Shown: one piece after another, positions 53,601-64,000 of the stretch
Position numbering within the stretch: position 1 is the first letter of the stretch
How the letters are laid out: the number at the start of each line of letters is the position of its first letter
NCBI GenBank assembly: GCA_964057225.1
Contig: OZ059900.1
Location: 20,026,001-20,090,000 of the forward strand
Direction: 5' to 3'
Source: Auanema rhodensis
Taxonomy: Eukaryota > Animalia > Nematoda
DNA: 64,000 bases
Notes under the pieces: model-generated
The model's database searches: none
Told to the model about the DNA's origin: nothing
The model's input: the letters and a program-made list of their open reading frames with translations, nothing else
Program-made: the position numbers and the translations under genes

Positions 53601-56600
53601 CGTGTTACATACTAAAATGAAGCATTTTACATGCTGAACACTAGAAAAATACAAAAACACAGTATTTCCCATGAGAAATATTTTATTATGCTGGAAAACC
53701 AGTTTTTGGAAATTTCGCTGTAAACAAATTTTGACTTACGATTTCATGTGTTCAAACTCATGCAATGTCAATGAAACCTAGCTCAAAATTGTTCGTACAA
53801 CGTCTAGTTCCACTTTCACGACAAAAAAACAGGGGTTAGAAAATTAAGGAAATTAGCATATTCTGAGGGCACGCCGTTTATGGCTAATATTGATTAAATC
53901 GATTTTTGTTCATATGAGTCGTCAAATGCAACGAATTTCAGCGTGTTACATACTAAAATGAAGCATTTTACATGCTGAACACTAGAAAAATACAAAAACA
54001 CAGTATTTCCCATGAGAAATATTTTATTATGCTGGAAAACCAGTTTTTGGAAATTTCGCTGTAAACAAGGTTTTGACTTACGATTTCATGTGTTCAAACT
54101 CATGCAATGTCAATGAAACCTAGCTCAAAATTGTTCGTACAACGTCTAGTTCCACTTTCACGACAAAAAAACAGGGGGTAGAAAATTAGGGAAATTAGCA
54201 TATTCTGAGGGCACGCCCCTTATGGCTAATATTGATTAAATCGATTTTTGTTCATATGAGTCGTCAAATGCAACGAATTTCAGCGTGTTACATACTAAAA
54301 TGAAGCATTTTACATGCTGAACACTAGAAAAATACAAAAACACAGTATTTCCCATGAGAAATATTTTATTATGCTGGAAAACCAGTTTTTGGAAATTTCG
54401 CTGTAAACAAGGTTTTGACTTACGATTTAATGTGTTCAAACTCATGCAATGTCAATGAAACCTAGCTCAAAATTGTTCGTACAACGTCTAGTTCCACTTT
54501 CACGACAAAAAAACAGGGGGTAGAAAATTAGGGAAATTAGCATATTCTGAGGGCACGCCCCTTATGGCTAATATTGATTAAATCGATTTTTGTTCATATG
54601 AGTCGTCAAATGCAACGAATTTCAGCGTGTTACATACTAAAATGAAGCATTTTACATGCTGAACACTAGAAAAATACAAAAACACAGTATTTCCCATGAG
54701 AAATATTTTATTATGCTGGAAAACCAGTTTTTGGAAATTTCGCTGTAAACAAGGTTTTGACTTACGATTTCATGTGTTCAAACTCATGCAATGTCAATGA
54801 AACCTAGCTCAAAATTGTTCGTACAACGTCTAGTTCCACTTTCACGACAAAAAAACAGGGGTTAGAAAATTAAGGAAATTAGCATATTCTGAGGGCACGC
54901 CGTTTATGGCTAATATTGATTAAATCGATTTTTGTTCATATGAGTCGTCAAATGCAACGAATTTCAGCGTGTTACATACTAAAATGAAGCATTTTACATG
55001 CTGAACACTAGAAAAATACAAAAACACAGTATTTCCCATGAGAAATATTTTATTATGCTGGAAAACCAGTTTTTGGAAATTTCGCTGTAAACAAGGTTTT
55101 GACTTACGATTTCATGTGTTCAAACTCATGCAATGTCAATGAAACCTAGCTCAAAATTGTTCGTACAACGTCTAGTTCCACTTTCACGACAAAAAAACAG
55201 GGGTTAGAAAATTAAGGAAATTAGCATATTCTGAGGGCACGCCGTTTATGGCTAATATTGATTAAATCGATTTTTGTTCATATGAGTCGTCAAATGCAAC
55301 GAATTTCAGCGTGTTACATACTAAAATGAAACATTTTACATGCTGAACACTAGAAAAATACAAAAACACAGTATTTCCCATGAGAAATATTTTATTATGC
55401 TGGAAAACCAGTTTTTGGAAATTTCGCTGTAAACAAGGTTTTGACTTACGATTTCATGTGTTCAAACTCATGCAATGTCAATGAAACCTAGCTCAAAATT
55501 GTTCGTACAACGTCTAGTTCCACTTTCACGACAAAAAAACAGGGGGTAGAAAATTAGGGAAATTAGCATATTCTGAGGGCACGCCCCTTATGGCTAATAT
55601 TGATTAAATCGATTTTTGTTCATATGAGTCGTCAAATGCAACGAATTTCAGCGTGTTACATACTAAAATGAAGCATTTTACATGCTGAACACTAGAAAAA
55701 TACAAAAACACAGTATTTCCCATGAGAAATATTTTATTATGCTGGAAAACCAGTTTTTGGAAATTTCGCTGTAAACAAGGTTTTGACTTACGATTTCATG
55801 TGTTCAAACTCATGCAATGTCAATGAAACCTAGCTCAAAATTGTTCGTACAACGTCTAGTTCCACTTTCACGACAAAAAAACAGGGGTTAGAAAATTAAG
55901 GAAATTAGCATATTCTGAGGGCACGCCGTTTATGGCTAATATTGATTAAATCGATTTTTGTTCATATGAGTCGTCAAATGCAACGAATTTCAGCGTGTTA
56001 CATACTAAAATGAAACATTTTACATGCTGAACACTAGAAAAATACAAAAACATAGTATTTCCCATGAGAAATATTTTATTATGCTGGAAAACCAGTTTTT
56101 GGAAATTTCGCTGTAAACAAGGTTTTGACTTACGATTTCATGTGTTCAAACTCATGCAATGTCAATGAAACCTAGCTCAAAATTGTTCGTACAACGTCTA
56201 GTTCCACTTTCACGACAAAAAAACAGGGGTTAGAAAATTAAGGAAATTAGCATACTCTGAGGGCACGCCCCTTATGGCTAATATTGATTAAATCGATTTT
56301 TGTTCATATGAGTCGTCAAATGCAACGAATTTCAGCGTGTTACATACTAAAATGAAGCATTTTACATGCTGAACACTAGAAAAATACAAAAACACAGTAT
56401 TTCCCATGAGAAATATTTTATTATGCTGGAAAACCAGTTTTTGGAAATTTCGCTGTAAACAAGGTTTTGACTTACGATTTCATGTGTTCAAACTCATGCA
56501 ATGTCAATGAAACCTAGCTCAAAATTGTTCGTACAACGTCTAGTTCCACTTTCACGACAAAAAAACAGGGGTTAGAAAATTAAGGAAATTAGCATATTCT

Positions 56601-57490
56601 GAGGGCACGCCGTTTATGGCTAATATTGATTAAATCGATTTTTGTTCATATGAGTCGTCAAATGCAACGAATTTCAGCGTGTTACATACTAAAATGAAAC
56701 ATTTTACATGCTGAACACTAGAAAAATACAAAAACATAGTATTTCCCATGAGAAATATTTTATTATGCTGGAAAACCAGTTTTTGGAAATTTCGCTGTAA
56801 ACAAGGTTTTGACTTATGATTTCATGTGTTCAAACTCATGCAATGTCAATGAAACCTAGCTCAAAATTGTTCGTACAACGTCTAGTTCCACTTTCACGAC
56901 AAAAAAACAGGGGTTAGAAAATTAAGGAAATTATCATATTCTGAGGGCACGCCCCTTATGGCTAATATTGATTAAATCGATTTTTGTTCATATGAGTCGT
57001 CAAATGCAACGAATTTCAGCGTGTTACATACTAAAATGAAGCATTTTACATGCTGAACACTGGAAAAATACAAAAACACAGTATTTCCCATGAGAAATAT
57101 TTTATTATGCTGGAAAACCAGTTTTTGGAAATTTCGCTGTAAACAAGGTTTTGACTTACGATTTCATGTGTTCAAACTCATGCAATGTCAATGAAACCTA
57201 GCTCAAAATTGTTCGTACAACGTCTAGTTCCACTTTCACGACAAAAAAACAGGGGTTAGAAAATTAAGGAAATTAGCATATTCTGAGGGCACGCCCCTTA
57301 TGGCTAATATTGATTAAATCGATTTTTGTTCATATGAGTCGTCAAATGCAACGAATTTCAGCGTGTTACATACTAAAATGAAACATTTTACATGCTGAAC
57401 ACTAGAAAAATACAAAAACATAGTATTTCCCATGAGAAATATTTTATTATGCTGGAAAACCAGTTTTTGGAAATTTCGCTGTAAACAAGG

Positions 57491-57828
57491 TTTTGACTTA
57501 CGATTTCATGTGTTCAAACTCATGCAATGTCAATGAAACCTAGCTCAAAATTGTTCGTACAACGTCTAGTTCCACTTTCACGACAAAAAAACAGGGGTTA
57601 GAAAATTAAGGAAATTAGCATATTCTGAGGGCCCCTTATGGCTAATATTGATTAAATCGATTTTTGTTCATATGAGTCGTCAAATGCAACGAATTTCAGC
57701 GTGTTACATACTAAAATGAAGCATTTTACATGCTGAACACTAGAAAAATACAAAAACACAGTATTTCCCATGAGAAATATTTTATTATGCTGGAAAACCA
57801 GTTTTTGGAAATTTCGCTGTAAACAAGG
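57491..57828 (+). repeat. 338-bp monomer with a 4-bp deletion in GGGCACGCCCC
   Basis: GAGGGCCCCTTATG at about 57627-57640 versus consensus GAGGGCACGCCCCTTATG; GC microhomology. Confidence 0.93.
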
Positions 57829-59880
57829 TTTTGACTTACGATTTCATGTGTTCAAACTCATGCAATGTCAATGAAACCTAGCTCAAAATAGTTCGTACAA
57901 CGTCTAGTTCCACTTTCACGACAAAAAAACAGGGGGTAGAAAATTAGGGAAATTAGCATATTCTGAGGGCACGCCCCTTATGGCTAATATTGATTAAATC
58001 GATTTTTGTTCATATGAGTCGTCAAATGCAACGAATTTCAGCGTGTTACATACTAAAATGAAGCATTTTACATGCTGAACACTAGAAAAATACAAAAACA
58101 CAGTATTTCCCATGAGAAATATTTTATTATGCTGGAAAACCAGTTTTTGGAAATTTCGCTGTAAACAAGGTTTTGACTTACGATTTCATGTGTTCAAACT
58201 CATGCAATGTCAATGAAACCTAGCTCAAAATTGTTCGTACAACGTCTAGTTCCACTTTCACGACAAAAAAACAGGGGTTAGAAAATTAAGGAAATTAGCA
58301 TATTCTGAGGGCACGCCGTTTATGGCTAATATTGATTAAATCGATTTTTGTTCATATGAGTCGTCAAATGCAACGAATTTCAGCGTGTTACATACTAAAA
58401 TGAAACATTTTACATGCTGAACACTAGAAAAATACAAAAACATAGTATTTCCCATGAGAAATATTTTATTATGCTGGAAAACCAGTTTTTGGAAATTTCG
58501 CTGTAAACAAGGTTTTGACTTACGATTTCATGTGTTCAAACTTATGCAATGTCAATGAAACCTAGCTCAAAATTGTTCGTACAACGTCTAGTTCCACTTT
58601 CACGACAAAAAAACAGGGGTTAGAAAATTAAGGAAATTATCATATTCTGAGGGCACGCCCCTTATGGCTAATATTGATTAAATCGATTTTTGTTCATATG
58701 AGTCGTCAAATGCAACGAATTTCAGCGTGTTACATACTAAAATGAAGCATTTTACATGCTGAACACTAGAAAAATACAAAAACACAGTATTTCCCATGAG
58801 AAATATTTTATTATGCTGGAAAACCAGTTTTTGGAAATTTCGCTGTAAACAAGGTTTTGACTTACGATTTCATGTGTTCAAACTCATGCAATGTCAATGA
58901 AACCTAGCTCAAAATTGTTCGTACAACGTCTAGTTCCACTTTCACGACAAAAAAACAGGGGGTAGAAAATTAGGGAAATTAGCATATTCTGAGGGCACGC
59001 CCCTTATGGCTAATATTGATTAAATCGATTTTTGTTCATATGAGTCGTCAAATGCAACGAATTTCAGCGTGTTACATACTAAAATGAAGCATTTTACATG
59101 CTGAACACTAGAAAAATACAAAAACACAGTATTTCCCATGAGAAATATTTTATTATGCTGGAAAACCAGTTTTTGGAAATTTCGCTGTAAACAAGGTTTT
59201 GACTTACGATTTCATGTGTTCAAACTCATGCAATGTCAATGAAACCTAGCTCAAAATTGTTCGTACAACGTCTAGTTCCACTTTCACGACAAAAAAACAG
59301 GGGTTAGAAAATTAAGGAAATTAGCATATTCTGAGGGCACGCCGTTTATGGCTAATATTGATTAAATCGATTTTTGTTCATATGAGTCGTCAAATGCAAC
59401 GAATTTCAGCGTGTTACATACTAAAATGAAACATTTTACATGCTGAACACTAGAAAAATACAAAAACATAGTATTTCCCATGAGAAATATTTTATTATGC
59501 TGGAAAACCAGTTTTTGGAAATTTCGCTGTAAACAAGGTTTTGACTTACGATTTCATGTGTTCAAACTTATGCAATGTCAATGAAACCTAGCTCAAAATT
59601 GTTCGTACAACGTCTAGTTCCACTTTCACGACAAAAAAACAGGGGTTAGAAAATTAAGGAAATTATCATATTCTGAGGGCACGCCCCTTATGGCTAATAT
59701 TGATTAAATCGATTTTTGTTCATATGAGTCGTCAAATGCAACGAATTTCAGCGTGTTACATACTAAAATGAAGCATTTTACATGCTGAACACTAGAAAAA
59801 TACAAAAACACAGTATTTCCCATGAGAAATATTTTATTATGCTGGAAAACCAGTTTTTGGAAATTTCGCTGTAAACAAGG
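57829..59880 (+). repeat. Tandem duplication of a 3-monomer block (period 1026 bp)
   Basis: [GGGGGTAG], [GCCGTTT+GAAACAT+ACATAG], [AACTTATG+ATTATCAT] occurs at 57829-58854 and 58855-59880. Confidence 0.88.
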
Positions 59881-62800
59881 TTTTGACTTACGATTTCATG
59901 TGTTCAAACTCATGCAATGTCAATGAAACCTAGCTCAAAATTGTTCGTACAACGTCTAGTTCCACTTTCACGACAGAAAAACAGGGGTTAGAAAATTAAG
60001 GAAATTAGCATATTCTGAGGGCACGCCCCTTATGGCTAATATTGATTAAACCGATTTTTGTTCATATGAGTCGTCAAATGCAACGAATTTCAGCGTGTTA
60101 CATACTAAAATGAAGCATTTTACATGCTGAACACTAGAAAAATACAAAAACACAGTATTTCCCATGAGAAATATTTTATTATGCTGGAAAACCAGTTTTT
60201 GGAAATTTCGCTGTAAACAAGGTTTTGACTTACGATTTCATGTGTTCAAACTCATGCAATGTCAATGAAACCTAGCTCAAAATTGTTCGTACAACGTCTA
60301 GTTCCACTTTCACGACAAAAAAACAGGGGTTAGAAAATTAAGGAAATTAGCATATTCTGAGGGCACGCCCCTTATGGCTAATATTGATTAAATCGATTTT
60401 TGTTCATATGAGTCGTCAAATGCAACGAATTTCAGCGTGTTACATACTAAAATGAAGCATTTTACATGCTGAACACTAGAAAAATACAAAAACACAGTAT
60501 TTCCCATGAGAAATATTTTATTATGCTGGAAAACCAGTTTTTGGAAATATCGCTGTAAACAAGGTTTTGACTTACGATTTCATGTGTTCAAACTCATGCA
60601 ATGTCAATGAAACCTAGCTCAAAATTGTTCGTACAACGTCTAGTTCCACTTTCACGACAAAAAAACAGGGGTTAGAAAATTAAGGAAATTAGCATATTCT
60701 GAGGGCACGCCGTTTATGGCTAATATTGATTAAATCGATTTTTGTTCATATGAGTCGTCAAATGCAACGAATTTCAGCGTGTTACATACTAAAATGAAAC
60801 ATTTTACATGCTGAACACTAGAAAAATACAAAAACATAGTATTTCCCATGAGAAATATTTTATTATGCTGGAAAACCAGTTTTTGGAAATTTCGCTGTAA
60901 ACAAGGTTTTGACTTACGATTTCATGTGTTCAAACTCATGCAATGTCAATGAAACCTAGCTCAAAATTGTTCGTACAACGTCTAGTTCCACTTTCACGAC
61001 AAAAAAACAGGGGTTAGAAAATTAAGGAAATTATCATATTCTGAGGGCACGCCCCTTATGGCTAATATTGATTAAATCGATTTTTGTTCATATGAGTCGT
61101 CAAATGCAACGAATTTCAGCGTGTTACATACTAAAATGAACCATTTTACATGCTGAACACTAGAAAAATACAAAAACACAGTATTTCTCATGAGAAATAT
61201 TTTATTATGCTGGAAAACCAGTTTTTGGAAATTTCGCTGTAAACAAGGTTTTGACTTACGATTTCATGTGTTCAAACTCATGCAATGTCAATGAAACCTA
61301 GCTCAAAATTGTTCGTACAACGTCTAGTTCCACTTTCACGACAAAAAAACAGGGGGTAGAAAATTAGGGAAATTAGCATATTCTGAGGGCACGCCCCTTA
61401 TGGCTAATATTGATTAAATCGATTTTTGTTCATATGAGTCGTCAAATGCAACGAATTTCAGCGTGTTACATACTAAAATGAAGCATTTTACATGCTGAAC
61501 ACTAGAAAAATACAAAAACACAGTATTTCCCATGAGAAATATTTTATTATGCTGGAAAACCAGTTTTTGGAAATTTCGCTGTAAACAAGGTTTTGACTTA
61601 CGATTTCATGTGTTCAAACTCATGCAATGTCAATGAAACCTAGCTCAAAATTGTTCGTACAACGTCTAGTTCCACTTTCACGACAAAAAAACAGGGGTTA
61701 GAAAATTAAGGAAATTAGCATATTCTGAGGGCACGCCGTTTATGGCTAATATTGATTAAATCGATTTTTGTTCATATGAGTCGTCAAATGCAACGAATTT
61801 CAGCGTGTTACATACTAAAATGAAGCATTTTACATGCTGAACACTAGAAAAATACAAAAACACAGTATTTCCCATGAGAAATATTTTATTATGCTGGAAA
61901 ACCAGTTTTTGGAAATTTCGCTGTAAACAAGGTTTTGACTTACGATTTCATGTGTTCAAACTCATGCAATGTCAATGAAACCTAGCTCAAAATTGTTCGT
62001 ACAACGTCTAGTTCCACTTTCACGACAAAAAAACAGGGGTTAGAAAATTAAGGAAATTAGCATATTCTGAGGGCACGCCCCTTATGGCTAATATTGATTA
62101 AATCGATTTTTGTTCATATGAGTCGTCAAATGCAACGAATTTCAGCGTGTTACATACTAAAATGAAGCATTTTACATGCTGAACACTAGAAAAATACAAA
62201 AACACAGTATTTCCCATGAGAAATATTTTATTATGCTGGAAAACCAGTTTTTGGAAATTTCGCTGTAAACAAGGATTTGACTTACGATTTCATGTGTTCA
62301 AACTCATGCAATGTCAATGAAACCTAGCTCAAAATTGTTCGTACAACGTCTAGTTCCACTTTCACGACAAAAAAACAGGGGTTAGAAAATTAAGGAAATT
62401 AGCATATTCTGAGGGCACGCCCCTTATGGCTAATATTGATTAAATCGATTTTTGTTCATATGAGTCGTCAAATGCAACGAATTTCAGCGTGTTACATACT
62501 AAAATGAAGCATTTTACATGCTGAACACTAGAAAAATACAAAAACACAGTATTTCCCATGAGAAATATTTTATTATGCTGGAAAACCAGTTTTTGGAAAT
62601 TTCGCTGTAAACAAGGTTTTGACTTACGATTTCATGTGTTCAAACTCATGCAATGTCAATGAAACCTAGCTCAAAATTGTTCGTACAACGTCTAGTTCCA
62701 CTTTCACGACAAAAAAACAGGGGTTAGAAAATTAAGGAAATTAGCATATTCTGAGGGCACGCCCCTTATGGCTAATATTGATTAAATCGATTTTTGTTCA

Positions 62801-64000
62801 TATGAGTCGTCAAATGCAACGAATTTCAGCGTGTTACATACTAAAATGAAGCATTTTACATGCTGAACACTAGAAAAATACAAAAACACAGTATTTCCCA
62901 TGAGAAATATTTTATTATGCTGGAAAACCAGTTTTTGGAAATTTCGCTGTAAACAAGGTTTTGACTTACGATTTCATGTGTTCAAACTCATGCAATGTCA
63001 ATGAAACCTAGCTCAAAATTGTTCGTACAACGTCTAGTTCCACTTTCACGACAAAAAAACAGGGGTTAGAAAATTAAGGAAATTAGCATATTCTGAGGGC
63101 ACGCCCCTTATGGCTAATATTGATTAAATCGATTTTTGTTCATATGAGTCGTCAAATGCAACGAATTTCAGCGTGTTACATACTAAAATGAAGCATTTTA
63201 CATGCTGAACACTAGAAAAATACAAAAACACAGTATTTCCCATGAGAAATATTTTATTATGCTGGAAAACCAGTTTTTGGAAATTTCGCTGTAAACAAGG
63301 TTTTGACTTACGATTTCATGTGTTCAAACTCATGCAATGTCAATGAAACCTAGCTCAAAATTGTTCGTACAACGTCTAGTTCCACTTTCACGACAAAAAA
63401 ACAGGGGTTAGAAAATTAAGGAAATTAGCATATTCTGAGGGCACGCCCCTTATGGCTAATATTGATTAAATCGATTTTTGTTCATATGAGTCGTCAAATG
63501 CAACGAATTTCAGCGTGTTACATACTAAAATGAATCATTTTACATGCTGAACACTAGAAAAATACAAAAACACAGTATTTCCCATGAGAAATATTTTATT
63601 ATGCTGGAAAACCAGTTTTTGGAAATTTCGCTGTAAACAAGGTTTTGACTTACGATTTCATGTGTTCAAACTCATGCAATGTCAATGAAACCTAGCTCAA
63701 AATTGTTCGTACAACGTCTAGTTCCACTTTCACGACAAAAAAACAGGGGTTAGAAAATTAAGGAAATTAGCATATTCTGAGGGCACGCCCCTTATGGCTA
63801 ATATTGATTAAATCGATTTTTGTTCATATGAGTCGTCAAATGCAACGAATTTCAGCGTGTCACATACTAAAATGAAGCATTTTACATGCTGAACACTAGA
63901 AAAATACAAAAACACAGTATTTCCCATGAGAAATATTTTATTATGCTGGAAAACCAGTTTTTGGAAATTTCGCTGTAAACAAGGTTTTGACTTACGATTT

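Larger units (their letters stand above)
1..64000 (+). repeat. 342-bp tandem satellite DNA array (188 monomers + 16 bp), probably centromeric or pericentromeric heterochromatin
   Basis: The motif TTTTGACTTACGATTTCATG recurs at 1, 343, 685 ... 3421 (10x342+1), 6841 (20x342+1) and on to 63985. All units are head-to-tail in the same orientation with no unique sequence between them. The centromeric role is inferred from monomer size, homogeneity and array length, not shown directly. Confidence 0.99.

Noticed and set aside
54236-54445. 69-aa minus-strand ORF (MSLNTLNR...)
   Set aside because: It is created by one private C>A at 54429 that removes a TGA present in the consensus. The remaining open stretch is simply the satellite read in one frame, with no sign of coding function.
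1-64000. CRISPR array, tandem tRNA/5S/snRNA genes, or tandem MITE/transposon
   Set aside because: There are no unique spacers, no cloverleaf or recognisable Pol III gene, no terminal inverted repeats with target-site duplications, and no coding remnants. A remote transposon origin of the monomer cannot be excluded without a database search.

Overview
The whole window is one head-to-tail tandem array of a 342-bp AT-rich satellite monomer: 188 units plus 16 bp, about 34% GC by hand count of the consensus, with most units 0-4 differences from consensus and the most divergent 7-8. It looks like eukaryotic centromeric or pericentromeric satellite DNA. CpG is not depleted, which fits an invertebrate-type genome, but I cannot name the species or satellite family. 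I find no credible genes, RNA genes, transposons or CRISPR arrays. The two listed ORFs are by-products of single-monomer mutations. The informative signal is the array's internal structure. (1) There is one deletion-inversion-deletion event at about 10.88-10.93 kb, the only minus-strand satellite sequence in the window. (2) There are three isolated deletions of 12, 132 and 4 bp. (3) Spatially segregated variant domains carry incipient higher-order repeats (7-mer, 5-mer, 3-mers, dimers) and dispersed multi-monomer duplications. (4) The monomer is rich in dyads and hairpins, which coincide with several breakpoints. (5) The 342-mer may be an ancient dimer of about 171 bp. I see no evidence of a new gene-encoded biological system. 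Monomer positions (pos) are numbered from the TTTTGACTTA start, so pos = window coordinate for the first unit.
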